From the IMG/VR virus record IMGVR_UViG_3300042868_005134, positions 62,001-126,000 of that record: 64,000 nt of DNA; one strand, given 5' to 3'. The notes beneath the pieces were generated by a model. The model saw nothing but the letters and a program-made list of their open reading frames with translations. It was not told where the DNA came from and ran no database searches. This document shows, one piece after another, positions 54,575 through 64,000 of this stretch; the first letter of the stretch is position 1, and each line of letters starts with the position of its first letter. The translations under genes were made by a program, and so were the position numbers.

Positions 54575-56665
54575 TTATCTTGCCAATCCTGCCAGTTGCT
54601 TCATACGATTCATTTCGCCGAGACTGCTCAATTTAGCAATTACTTTTTCAGCAATAGGTCCGGCATTATCACCAAATTTCTTTTCGCAAGCAATTTTTAC
54701 ACCTTCTGCTCCTTTTGGAAAATTTCCTTCAACAGTATTGTACATACTCTTAACAAATTCGATTAACTCATCTGCTTTGTTTCCAAACACGTCTTCGACT
54801 TTCATTCCTGCTTTAGTGATTGCTTCGCCCAATGTCATTTCTTTACCGGCAATTCGAATAATCGTTTCTGCAGTTGCGCCTGCCTTTTTGGCTTTTTTAA
54901 TTGCGTCAGCCATACCTTTTTTAGCAAGATGTTTGGCCATATTTTTAGTCTTAACAGTGTTACCAAATTGATCTTTGTTGTCACTTGACTTTTTATAAGG
55001 TCCATCGAATGGTGGATCTTCTTCTTTCTCTTCTGCCATTGGAGGTGCTACCGGCGCTGGTTCAGCAGGTACAGGTTCAGCTGTCGGTGCTTCCGGTGCG
55101 GCCGCTTCCGGTTCGGGTGATGCCGGTGCCGCGTCCATGCCGCCATCGTCAGCAGGAAATTGGATCTGTGTCAAAATATCTGTGCCGTTTTCTTGGTCTT
55201 TAATTTTGATGTAATCTTTGAGGATATCTCTTACATCATGTTCGGGATCGATATCAGCAAGCTCTTTGAAAACATCTGTTAGTTCGTCATCGTCGATAAT
55301 ATCAGAAAGACTTTCAACAGCATTACTTCCGTCAGTGCCCACAGGCATCGGTTGTGCCACTAGTTGATTTAATTTTTCTACAGCTTCTCGTTTGCTGTTC
55401 TCATCATCACTAAAAATATCAACACGCTCGCCTATAATATGATTGAGTTGTCTTTCGTAGTCGGCAAATTCTTTTATTTGTCCGCCAATTTCTCGCTGAG
55501 CGGAATTGATTGCTCCCCACAAACCGCCCATACTACCTGCCATACCGTTGTTTGGACCTTGAACTCCTAGTTCTTTAGCAACTTGCTCAACAGTCATGCC
55601 TTTGGCTAATAATTCTTTTGCTTTGCGATTTACTTCAAGCCACTCCGGTGAAACACGTTCTGCCAATAAATCATCTGCTGATAATTCCTTAACAGGAATG
55701 TCACCCTCATCTATCAATTTAAAGATATAAGGGAATACATTTTTAAGTTCTTCATTGAATGTACGAATAGTCAATCTATCTATCCAATCATTCATCACAT
55801 CTTCTGGAATCTCTTTAGCATCGATAGCATGAAAATTTTCAGCAAATTCAACGTAACGAGTAGCACTTTGTAAACCATGAATTTCTTTTTTAACAGCGTC
55901 AATCCGTTCCATCACTTTGGTATGTATGCTACCCATTGCTTCGCTGACCATGGGATTTCTAGAAACATAATGTTTAAACATTCGCAGATTGCTTAATTCT
56001 TCGCTAAGACCAATCACATGTCCGCCAATGGAATCGTATGGAGTTCCGCCGTGCGCTACGTGTGTAGCCAATGCTCTAGCACCATTTAAATGTTTGAAAG
56101 GATACTTAAATCTTTCGCCTTGAGCATTTTCAATATAGATGCTTTCAATACGTTGAGCGCGACCTGCCGGGTTCTCAAAATTGACTGGGGCACTATGTTT
56201 AACAATTAACTTAGCATCGCCTAATTGCTGATAGCTAGTTTTGCTAGTGCCATATAATTTACTTTCAGACATAGTGTCTTCTCCGTTGTTCTTTTTAGAC
56301 ATGAATTCGTAGTCTCTTTTATCTAGATTGCTTTTAGAAATATCCCTAGTATCAAAATTCATCAGGCGTTGTTTGGCAAATTCTCGTAATTCTTGAAGGA
56401 AATTGTAAAATTTATTTTTTACAAATTCATCTTTTTCTTCCACAATATCGTTGGAGTAAATTATTACGAGACCGTCTTTTTCTGAAATACTTATATCGAT
56501 AGCTCCTAATGGAACTCGATTATGATGGTAATCAAAATTAAAAAATCTTGCTAATTCAGGTTCATCCGTTGTGTTACGATCTTCGTCGCGAAGTTTTACT
56601 TTGGGAAATTGTGTTCTAATTTTTCCAAATAGTTCTTCAGCAATGTTGCTTAGATTCTTGTTCAT
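54575..56665 (-). CDS. Large hypothetical protein (possible head/scaffold component)
   Basis: 696-aa ORF downstream of terminase; ATAAATA start. Confidence 0.75.
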   Translation of the reverse strand: MNKNLSNIAEELFGKIRTQFPKVKLRDEDRNTTDEPELARFFNFDYHHNRVPLGAIDISISEKDGLVIIYSNDIVEEKDEFVKNKFYNFLQELREFAKQRLMNFDTRDISKSNLDKRDYEFMSKKNNGEDTMSESKLYGTSKTSYQQLGDAKLIVKHSAPVNFENPAGRAQRIESIYIENAQGERFKYPFKHLNGARALATHVAHGGTPYDSIGGHVIGLSEELSNLRMFKHYVSRNPMVSEAMGSIHTKVMERIDAVKKEIHGLQSATRYVEFAENFHAIDAKEIPEDVMNDWIDRLTIRTFNEELKNVFPYIFKLIDEGDIPVKELSADDLLAERVSPEWLEVNRKAKELLAKGMTVEQVAKELGVQGPNNGMAGSMGGLWGAINSAQREIGGQIKEFADYERQLNHIIGERVDIFSDDENSKREAVEKLNQLVAQPMPVGTDGSNAVESLSDIIDDDELTDVFKELADIDPEHDVRDILKDYIKIKDQENGTDILTQIQFPADDGGMDAAPASPEPEAAAPEAPTAEPVPAEPAPVAPPMAEEKEEDPPFDGPYKKSSDNKDQFGNTVKTKNMAKHLAKKGMADAIKKAKKAGATAETIIRIAGKEMTLGEAITKAGMKVEDVFGNKADELIEFVKSMYNTVEGNFPKGAEGVKIACEKKFGDNAGPIAEKVIAKLSSLGEMNRMKQLAGLAR

Positions 56666-56673
56666 ACTGATAT

Positions 56674-58269
56674 TTATCCTAAATTAGACGAAATAAAGAT
56701 AGGCATCGGCATTTCCCAGTCATCGTCTGCGTGTCCTGAATGGCTGCTAATACTGTCAAACACCCGTTCATCCCAGTCCGCTAACACCTGGCTCATGCGT
56801 ACCATTAGCAGTGTGGCACTGACTAAATCGTCTTGTTCTCCCGATTTCGCTTTGAATGTTACACCGGCTGCTATATATGCTTTTAGTTCAGATATCAAGG
56901 GCTTGCTGTTAATTTTCATTTTACCGCTTTCGATTAAGAACTTTAGGCGGGCACTTGCTGAAATCTTACTGCCATGCGTGGTATTAAATCCTTTACGAAA
57001 TTTACGTACATGACCTTTTCGTACTGGTTCGCTCACAAACAAGCCTGCAAAATTTTCTTCGCCTATGTCCTTGATACAAACCAATCCTGCTTCGCCCACT
57101 GTGTTGTTTTCTATAGTCCAATAGAGATTGTTGACAGTTTCACCTGTTTCGTCTTGTATATATTTTAATATTTCCCTAAGAACCTTGATTTGTCCTTGGA
57201 TGGGTGTTAAATTGTGTTGCCACTCGGCCACTTGCGTAAAACTGGGTAATTCAAATACTTCAATTGCAGCACTATTGCCGCCTGTACCTAAACTAGGGTC
57301 TAATGTAACTGCGTACATGCTGTCTCGATTTAATTGTTTATACCAGCGAGTTTGACCCATTCTTTGCGTGGGTTCCTTGCCTTCTAGTCCCGCAAGACAG
57401 ATACTGTTAATAAGTGTTTCGTCGTAGACTAAGAATTCACAATTATATTCTCGGCGAAAACGCTCTTCACCAATACGGCCACGCTCTGTACGTTCCCATA
57501 TTTCATCTCTATCGGGGTGCTCATGCCACTTACAAGTGAATGGAAAAAACCCGTTTATGCCAGTTTCTTGTTCATTACCAAATTCGTCAAACTTCTTGTT
57601 AGCTTCTTTCCAAATAGTGGCAAATGTATCTTCGTCACTGTTAGGAGTTGAGGTAATGATAGCCTTACCACCAGTTGCCAGTGTGGGAGATATTGATGTC
57701 CAAAATTCTTCTGCGATGTTGGGTGGCACAAATGCAAACTCGTCACAGTATAGTAATGATATACTCATACCACGACCAGTGTTGCCCGTAGTTGTTGTAC
57801 TAACAATACGAGACCCGTTGTCAAATTCAATAGAACCTTTATTGTAGTTTGTCACTCCCGATCGAATAAAATCAGGACACAACTCATAGGCATATCGTAT
57901 ACGTTGCATAATTTCTTGCGAACCCGTATACTTGTGAGCTGAGATTAAGATAGTCTGGTCAGGATGGAACATGGCATACCATAGCAAATAGCCAGCAGCA
58001 CATGTTGTCTTGCCCATCTGCCTGGGTAACATGTTAATATTAAATCTATGTCCGTGATATGCATCTAGCAGTCTTGTTTGAAACTCAAATGGGTCAAACA
58101 ACATTTTGCCTTTGACTGGATGCTGTATATAAAAATAATGGCTACAAAAATAATGATATCCGTTATCAGGATCTGAGCAGGCAGCAAGATGCCGAATGTG
58201 TTCTTCGGTGAATGTTTCTCTTGCGTGTGCTTTTTTAGTTAGTACGCCGTCTAGACTTTTATTTGCCAT
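56674..58269 (-). CDS. Terminase large subunit (gp17-like)
   Basis: PRQMGKTT, YCDEFAF, TSTPN, DPSLG, DDLVSA. Confidence 0.95.
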   Translation of the reverse strand: MANKSLDGVLTKKAHARETFTEEHIRHLAACSDPDNGYHYFCSHYFYIQHPVKGKMLFDPFEFQTRLLDAYHGHRFNINMLPRQMGKTTCAAGYLLWYAMFHPDQTILISAHKYTGSQEIMQRIRYAYELCPDFIRSGVTNYNKGSIEFDNGSRIVSTTTTGNTGRGMSISLLYCDEFAFVPPNIAEEFWTSISPTLATGGKAIITSTPNSDEDTFATIWKEANKKFDEFGNEQETGINGFFPFTCKWHEHPDRDEIWERTERGRIGEERFRREYNCEFLVYDETLINSICLAGLEGKEPTQRMGQTRWYKQLNRDSMYAVTLDPSLGTGGNSAAIEVFELPSFTQVAEWQHNLTPIQGQIKVLREILKYIQDETGETVNNLYWTIENNTVGEAGLVCIKDIGEENFAGLFVSEPVRKGHVRKFRKGFNTTHGSKISASARLKFLIESGKMKINSKPLISELKAYIAAGVTFKAKSGEQDDLVSATLLMVRMSQVLADWDERVFDSISSHSGHADDDWEMPMPIFISSNLG

Positions 58270-58283
58270 ATTGTTATTTACTG

Positions 58284-58310
58284 AAAAAAATAGCCTCCGA
58301 AGAGGCTATT
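58284..58310 (-). terminator. Intrinsic terminator with UUCG loop
   Basis: AATAGCCTC-TTCG-GAGGCTATTTTTTT. Confidence 0.85.
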
Positions 58311-58345
58311 TGGCACTATAAACAGAGTGCTAACTGCGACGAATC

Positions 58346-59332
58346 TTATCGTTCCATACGATCGTTATAATCGTTACGCATACGTTCTTTTTTATCTTTC
58401 AATGCTTGTAAACGCTTCTTAGCTGACTCGTCTCCGTCTGCTGCTTTTTTCTTTAAGCTATCTTCTTGTGATTTTTCAAGGCCGCGACGATGTTCAGCAT
58501 CTACTGAGTTAGGATTGTATGCTTCTTTCATTTTTGATAAAAGTTTTTTACCCGGTTCTGCTTTTTTATCAGCGGCCATTTTATCTTTTGCTGCTTGAAC
58601 TTTAGCTTTGGATTCTGAACTGTTCCTGTCAACATACTTGCTGTGTGCTTTTTCCTTAGGGCCTGAACCTTCTCTTAATTTGATATCGCTATACAGACCT
58701 TTGAGCTGTTCAGCAATTCGCTCTGCCATGGGTTGCATTGGGTTGTCGCCGCCTGCCACTTTTGGAAATGTTTGCTTTGGTTTATTTAAATCGCCGCCAC
58801 CTTGTGGCTGAGTAACTGCGTCGATGCCGTAATACATTTCGTCTCCCAATGGCATCCTTTCTTCTTCGTCGTGTCCTGTATCGCCCTGGTCTCCGCCTAA
58901 CGCTTTCATAACAATTGGCATTTCAGAATCCATTCCATCATGTCCGTGATCCATGCCTGGCATTTCTAAATCCATTTGGCCGCCTTCATCGCCGTCTAGA
59001 TTGCGTAGTATATCCATTAGATCACGAATGCCGTTTGCGCCGGCACCGTTCATGCTTAGATTCATTGACACAGAATCTTGCTGCGGAGGTGTTCTCATAC
59101 CCATCATGCTACCAGGCATGTCCATGCCGCATTCTTCAATGAATGATTCATCAACTTCCTTTTCTTTTTCTTTGTCTTTAGGAAAAGCAGCTTTCATTCG
59201 ACTGCCGTAGTACTCGTCTTTACCGCTTTCGATTTCGCCGTCACCGTCGTAATCTTTCTTGGCTTTGTCGCTTTCTTGTACCGATTGTTGATCCAGGGTA
59301 TTTAAGCGTGATAATAATTCTTGAAAATTCAT
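58346..59332 (-). CDS. Acidic low-complexity hypothetical protein (possible internal head protein)
   Basis: DYDGDGEIES..DEY, GGDLNKPK, GGDNPM motifs. Confidence 0.75.
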   Translation of the reverse strand: MNFQELLSRLNTLDQQSVQESDKAKKDYDGDGEIESGKDEYYGSRMKAAFPKDKEKEKEVDESFIEECGMDMPGSMMGMRTPPQQDSVSMNLSMNGAGANGIRDLMDILRNLDGDEGGQMDLEMPGMDHGHDGMDSEMPIVMKALGGDQGDTGHDEEERMPLGDEMYYGIDAVTQPQGGGDLNKPKQTFPKVAGGDNPMQPMAERIAEQLKGLYSDIKLREGSGPKEKAHSKYVDRNSSESKAKVQAAKDKMAADKKAEPGKKLLSKMKEAYNPNSVDAEHRRGLEKSQEDSLKKKAADGDESAKKRLQALKDKKERMRNDYNDRMER

Positions 59333-59343
59333 GATTGTTCCTT

Positions 59344-59946
59344 TTATTTCTTAGTAGAAAATAAACTCTTAGCAGGACCTACCTTAGGCATTGCTTCTGC
59401 TTTTTCTTTGTGCGTACTCTTTGCTAATAGCTTTTCGTTAACACCTTTTATTTGTGTTAACTGTTTATCCTTGGATGCTTTAGCAACGTCTTTCAAGAAA
59501 CTACTAATCATCTTGTCTCCAAACAATCCTTGATTGTTGGACTTTTCATAACCTTGCGACAATAATGCTTGACCTTTGTCATCTAACGTCATGTTTTCTG
59601 CTTCAATGGCAGCGTTTGCTTCTTCGAGCGGTGTACGTACACGAATTGATTCTCTACCAATACCAGTACAGTTTGCTAACAACTCAGATAGCACAGAACT
59701 TGTAGCTGGATAATCTAATTCTACTTCAAACACTGTCATTGAACTGTTCTTAAGTGTGGGAAAGTCTAATAGGTGAGATTGAATAGGAGTATTTTTACCT
59801 TTGGTAAATCTGCTTACTTTGTATTGTTGTAGTGCAGTTTCCATAACATCTTCGCAGTTATCCGGAAGGTCGCCCGCTACTTTAATTTTAAAAGTATATT
59901 TTTTCTCTTCTACACTTTCTTGTAGGTATGCGCTGAATAGTTTCAT
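59344..59946 (-). CDS. Conserved hypothetical protein
   Basis: YLQES..KYTFKIKVAG, TPIQ..DFP. Confidence 0.75.
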   Translation of the reverse strand: MKLFSAYLQESVEEKKYTFKIKVAGDLPDNCEDVMETALQQYKVSRFTKGKNTPIQSHLLDFPTLKNSSMTVFEVELDYPATSSVLSELLANCTGIGRESIRVRTPLEEANAAIEAENMTLDDKGQALLSQGYEKSNNQGLFGDKMISSFLKDVAKASKDKQLTQIKGVNEKLLAKSTHKEKAEAMPKVGPAKSLFSTKK

Positions 59947-59963
59947 ATTATAATCCTGATACC

Positions 59964-60440
59964 TTATTTATTCATATTTTTAAGTTTCTCAATCAAACTA
60001 TTACGGTCTGAAATGATAACTCCACTGCCTGGAATGTCAATGCCTTCTTCTGGGCCAGCTTTTTGATCAAGTTGTTGTTTTTTAAGCTGAAGTTCAATCA
60101 TCTTAAGTTTTTTGTCAATTTTAGCACTTTTTGCATCTATAGCATTTTTAAGCATGCCGCCCGCCACTTCAAAAATACGTCCGCTGTATCTAGCTTCTAC
60201 ATTCATACCCAAATCCATTAGATCATCATAGGCATCTGTAGCTCTTTGTGCTAGTGCGTCAAATTCTGCGTCGGCTGCATCGCCCAGTCCCTTGACAGCG
60301 GGTAAACTAGCGGCAATTTTGTCAAATTCTGATAAATCTCTAAGAAAAGGTGGCGGCATAACTTTTGCCGATTCCTTCTCTGATTCTTTAATCAGTTTCT
60401 TATTTTCAGGTAAGTTGAGCAGTTCTTCTAATTTTTTCAT
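59964..60440 (-). CDS. Putative terminase small subunit (gp16-like)
   Basis: RIFEVAGGMLKNAIDAK helical motif; near the large terminase. Confidence 0.55.
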   Translation of the reverse strand: MKKLEELLNLPENKKLIKESEKESAKVMPPPFLRDLSEFDKIAASLPAVKGLGDAADAEFDALAQRATDAYDDLMDLGMNVEARYSGRIFEVAGGMLKNAIDAKSAKIDKKLKMIELQLKKQQLDQKAGPEEGIDIPGSGVIISDRNSLIEKLKNMNK

Positions 60441-60448
60441 AATAATAC

Positions 60449-60886
60449 TTATCTATTTCTACCGTTAATGAATAAGTCTTGTTCGTTGATTACACGGAAC
60501 TTTATTCCTTGTGCTTTACACCATGCCATGGCAGCTCGCCATTTGGCCACGTTTCTAACATATTGAATTTGATTATTTTTATTCTTGCCTACTTTTTCTC
60601 GTAGTGTTTGATTTTGCGGTTTAACTTCAATTAGCTCCACAAACATTTTGCCATTTTTATCGGCATACTGAATAAAAAAATCCGGAATATAGATAGTTTG
60701 CTTGCCAGTAATAGGACATCTGTAAGGAATACTGATAGCCTCACTAGCCCATTTTTGTATACTAGGATGTGTGTCGCAAAATCTCATGAACGCAAACTCC
60801 CAAGAGCTGCGATATGTTGGAGTTTTCTTTCCTACATATTTCTCTGGGTTTGTTATTGCGAATTTACCTTGAGCAAATCGACTCAT
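60449..60886 (-). CDS. Head completion nuclease (gp4-like)
   Basis: NPEKYVG..YRSSWE, WASE, YIPDF, EVKP. Confidence 0.9.
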   Translation of the reverse strand: MSRFAQGKFAITNPEKYVGKKTPTYRSSWEFAFMRFCDTHPSIQKWASEAISIPYRCPITGKQTIYIPDFFIQYADKNGKMFVELIEVKPQNQTLREKVGKNKNNQIQYVRNVAKWRAAMAWCKAQGIKFRVINEQDLFINGRNR

Positions 60887-61251
60887 ACTCTAATGTTTCT
60901 GCTCTCTGTAGTTTCTTCAATTGTTAATAATTTAAAACCAAGAGTACTAGTTTTTTCTCTATAAGCGTTCAGTACTTGTGTAACCACATTACTAAGTTGA
61001 GCATCATTGAGAGTTTTGATAGTGTCGAGAAGTTCCATAACTTCAACGTTATCTATCTTGGACTGAGTTAGTAATACTATTGCGGTACTACGTGCAGCTT
61101 CTAGATCCCACCCTCTTTTTAAAAAGAATCCTAATACAATATCTATTTGATTAGATGGAAATGTTATTTGCTGTCTAAAATATTTGTCGAAGAAACTTTT
61201 AACTTCTCCGCTGCTATCATCATTAATTTTTGATGGTAAATTATAAGCCAT
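60883..61251 (-). CDS. Hypothetical virion-cluster protein
   Basis: Coupled ORF. Confidence 0.75.
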   Translation of the reverse strand: MAYNLPSKINDDSSGEVKSFFDKYFRQQITFPSNQIDIVLGFFLKRGWDLEAARSTAIVLLTQSKIDNVEVMELLDTIKTLNDAQLSNVVTQVLNAYREKTSTLGFKLLTIEETTESRNIRV

Positions 61252-62321
61252 TATGGTCCGCCGCCTCCACCAAATTGTATAGGTTTAGCAGATGTTGTTG
61301 CTGATGGATTATTCACAGGAAAACTTATTGTGTTTTGTCCACTTAATCCTATTACAGCCGCACTTTGAAGACCGCGGACGGCTGCGCCTGTTAATTCACT
61401 TCTTACACCTGTTGATGTTAACGATTTGGCATTTTGATATGTATTTACTGCAGCGATAGCGGTGCTTATAAAATTTGCCGGACTGTCAAATGCCTTGCCA
61501 GATCCTAATGCGCCAAACACTGCTTCGGCTCCAGCAAGGAAACCACCTTGACCAAACAGTGTTCTTGTGCCGCCACCGTATATACTTAACGGACTTGGCA
61601 TAGTGTCATAATGTTCGACACCAAATCCTGGAGGATTACCTTGGCTCACGTAACCTGTGTTATAGGTAACTGCTTCGTAATCTAGTTGCATGGATTGTTC
61701 AGCACTTTGTCCTGAACTCATGTCCATAGCGTCATGATTCCAACTCTTGATAATAGGATTTACTAATTTGTAACTATACCAAGCCTTTTTTGCCATCTGA
61801 TAAATTGTAATATCATTAAAAAACGGCATACTGCTGTTGTTATCTAGACCGTACCTAGAATTCATAAAAGCAGGAGCTTTCATGGCGTTTCTGTTATAGG
61901 CTGTACCATTTTTGGCAGCTTGACTGTCTCCATAGTAGTAACCAAAATAATTTTGCCATAGCTGACCAACTACACCTAAATTGTCATCATGAAAGGCAAT
62001 ATTAATAGGTTGGTATTCTATTTTATTTTGTACAACTTTTTTCCTGTTATACTGATTTAGTGTTTCAGTTTGTATAGTAAACTTAGGAAGATCACATTTC
62101 TTTACCAGCATATTGATTTCGTTTCTATGCTGATAGGTAAAGTTTAAACTTTTTAATGCGTTGGTATTGATGTTAAACACCACATGAAATAAAAACTTTT
62201 GCTTAGGAGCAAGTCTTAAATCACTGTCTACATGGAGCCGTGAAGCATGTTGAAAATCTCCCACATTTCCGCGGGGATTAGTTGCACCACTTACAAATTG
62301 ATTCCAGGCTTTGCTTGTCAT
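61251..62321 (-). CDS. Tail-tube-fold baseplate/tube initiator protein (gp48/gp54-like)
   Basis: LPKFTI..LNQYNRK, FHDD, LVNPII; adjacent to the tube gene. Confidence 0.65.
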   Translation of the reverse strand: MTSKAWNQFVSGATNPRGNVGDFQHASRLHVDSDLRLAPKQKFLFHVVFNINTNALKSLNFTYQHRNEINMLVKKCDLPKFTIQTETLNQYNRKKVVQNKIEYQPINIAFHDDNLGVVGQLWQNYFGYYYGDSQAAKNGTAYNRNAMKAPAFMNSRYGLDNNSSMPFFNDITIYQMAKKAWYSYKLVNPIIKSWNHDAMDMSSGQSAEQSMQLDYEAVTYNTGYVSQGNPPGFGVEHYDTMPSPLSIYGGGTRTLFGQGGFLAGAEAVFGALGSGKAFDSPANFISTAIAAVNTYQNAKSLTSTGVRSELTGAAVRGLQSAAVIGLSGQNTISFPVNNPSATTSAKPIQFGGGGGP

Positions 62322-62369
62322 GTAATTATTTATCGACTACAGAAAACTACGTAGTTAATGAAAAGTCGT

Positions 62370-62396
62370 AAAAAAAGGCTGCTGCCAGCCTTTTTA
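62370..62396 (-). terminator. Intrinsic terminator after the tail tube gene
   Basis: AAAAAGGCTG-GCAG-CAGCCTTTTTT. Confidence 0.8.
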
Positions 62397-62402
62397 TTTT
62401 GA

Positions 62403-63041
62403 TTAAGTTCGGCCTGGGCCGGTAATCATTGACGATGCTGCTACACTTCGGCCAAGGCCTGTAGTGATACCAACACCTGCGCCGCCACCTACCTGACTTG
62501 CGTTATCATACTTGATGGTCATGGTGATAGTAACTGCTTCGTTAGCACTGTAAGCTAAGTTGTTATAGTTAACGTTTTCTAGATAGCAACCGTATAGTTC
62601 CCATGTTTCTAACACTGTCGGAGCATTGTTGCCGTTGCCGCCGTCTAAGATTTCGTATTTGGTTGTAAACTTATAGTCGATACCAGCTGCTGCAGAACTC
62701 ATTTCTAAGAAGTCGAATTGTTTCTGTAGTTGCTCGCCTACTAGTTTGCTTACGCTACCGTCTACAGAATCGCGAACGTTTAAAGCCACTGCTGTCCAGC
62801 TGTGTCTGCCTGCTAGATAGACTCTGCTGTTGTAAGTAGGGACTTCAATTGCTTCGAATGCCACTGTTGGTCTTGCGATATCGATAACTTGTTTAGTTAG
62901 TTCAGTTGCTTGTCCTCCTGTAACGCCAAAACCAATCAAAGTAACTCTAAAGCGATACTTTAACTTTGGCATCAACAAGCCCTGTGAACCAGCTCCACTT
63001 TCTAGTGGAACTGTAAAGTTGTTTAATGATGAAATTGCCAT
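62403..63041 (-). CDS. Tail tube protein (gp19-like)
   Basis: PKLKYRFRV, YLAGRHSW, ETWELYGC, I.YDNA; follows the sheath gene. Confidence 0.85.
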   Translation of the reverse strand: MAISSLNNFTVPLESGAGSQGLLMPKLKYRFRVTLIGFGVTGGQATELTKQVIDIARPTVAFEAIEVPTYNSRVYLAGRHSWTAVALNVRDSVDGSVSKLVGEQLQKQFDFLEMSSAAAGIDYKFTTKYEILDGGNGNNAPTVLETWELYGCYLENVNYNNLAYSANEAVTITMTIKYDNASQVGGGAGVGITTGLGRSVAASSMITGPGRT

Positions 63042-63069
63042 TTTGTATGTTTCCTTTTATAATTTAGGA

Positions 63070-64000
63070 TTAACCTAACGCAGCGATTTCACCAGTATTC
63101 TTCAAGCGTAGTGGAATAAAGATAAATTCCACAGCCTTGACTGGTTCAATAGCAATGTCTAAGTATAATTCATTTCTATCAATTCTTGCTGGCGTATTGT
63201 TACTTTCGTCGCATACAACAATGTAGTCATACAACGCACGTTGTCCTACAAGTTCTAGCATTAAACTTTCTGCTGCAGATTTGATCTGATCTCTAGTGAT
63301 TTTATCATTAGGTTCAAAGATATATGGTTTAGCCAAAGCACTTAGTTGTCTACGTAAGTAAATTACCAAGCGAGCTACGTTGATACGATCCAATGCACTT
63401 GCTGCCTTGGCGCGGGTCTTTTGTCCGTAGTTAACCAAGCCGGTTCCTGTTAGGAATGTGATTGGATTAATCTTAGCTTCGTACAATGTATCACGTTGTC
63501 CGTTGTTTAGAGCAACACTGTCAAATTCACCTTCGCTAGTAACATAACCAACTGCAGTTGCGTTAGTAATACCACCACGTCGCACACCTGCTGGAGCAAA
63601 CCAAGGATAAGCCACTTGGTCATTCAACGCAATAGTACGTAAAATCATGTGACTTGGAGGAACAACAACATTGTTACCAAAGTTATCGCTTGTGAAGCCC
63701 CATGGATAGAACATACCCATGTATTCGTCGTAGCTGACGCCGCCTAGGTCGTTGTCTTCTAGTGCCAAACGTTGATTTGTACCCCATGCTAGCAAACTGG
63801 TTGCGTCAGGTGTTAAACGAGCCGGAGTATCACCTACCACAAATGCTGTCAAGCCTCTGTCGTAGTTTAATGTGACCAATTCGCCAATTAGTTCTGGATA
63901 ACCAGGGCAAGCTAACAAGTTAAACACACGACTTTCTTCATCGCGAATTTCTTGATTGCTGTTCACTGTTGCTTGAATAGCACGTACAACAACTTTACGC
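63070..64000 (-). CDS. Tail sheath protein (gp18-like), C-terminal part
   Basis: WFAPAG.RRG, INPI, DRINVARL, FEPND, CDESNNT, AVEFI. Confidence 0.95.
   Translation of the reverse strand, partial: RKVVVRAIQATVNSNQEIRDEESRVFNLLACPGYPELIGELVTLNYDRGLTAFVVGDTPARLTPDATSLLAWGTNQRLALEDNDLGGVSYDEYMGMFYPWGFTSDNFGNNVVVPPSHMILRTIALNDQVAYPWFAPAGVRRGGITNATAVGYVTSEGEFDSVALNNGQRDTLYEAKINPITFLTGTGLVNYGQKTRAKAASALDRINVARLVIYLRRQLSALAKPYIFEPNDKITRDQIKSAAESLMLELVGQRALYDYIVVCDESNNTPARIDRNELYLDIAIEPVKAVEFIFIPLRLKNTGEIAALG

Noticed and set aside
41293-58269. Introns or inteins in helicase, UvsX, UvsW or terminase
   Set aside because: Protein lengths and motif spacing are normal and uninterrupted.

Overview
This window is a 64-kb segment of a large T4-like (myovirus) phage genome, probably infecting a Gram-negative proteobacterium. 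It has four parts. (1) 1-23.3 kb, minus strand: tail-fibre-like genes, cell-envelope enzymes, a methyltransferase/nuclease block and two expanded families of small paralogous proteins. (2) About 23.7-25 kb: a largely non-coding strand-switch region with iteron-like repeats and a dense cluster of perfect DnaA boxes. (3) 25-37 kb, plus strand: an early region of small genes arranged as about 24 cassettes, each with a near-consensus sigma70 promoter, an A/C-rich leader and an unusual extended Shine-Dalgarno GGAGC(GAA); it also holds three tRNAs and two promoter-driven ORF-less structured RNAs. (4) 41-64 kb, minus strand: T4-like replication and morphogenesis genes (helicase, primase, mini-DnaE, UvsW/UvsY/UvsX, gp32, terminase, gp4, tail tube, sheath). 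The best candidate for an undescribed system is a structured RNA at the 3' end of the early array (37032-37190). It displays two identical loops (AUUCGCUCC) complementary to the GGAGCGAA ribosome-binding sites of the early genes, while many replication and late genes appear leaderless. This suggests a phage-encoded anti-Shine-Dalgarno sRNA that switches off the early regulon at the level of translation. All protein-family calls are by eye from motifs; no database searches were run.
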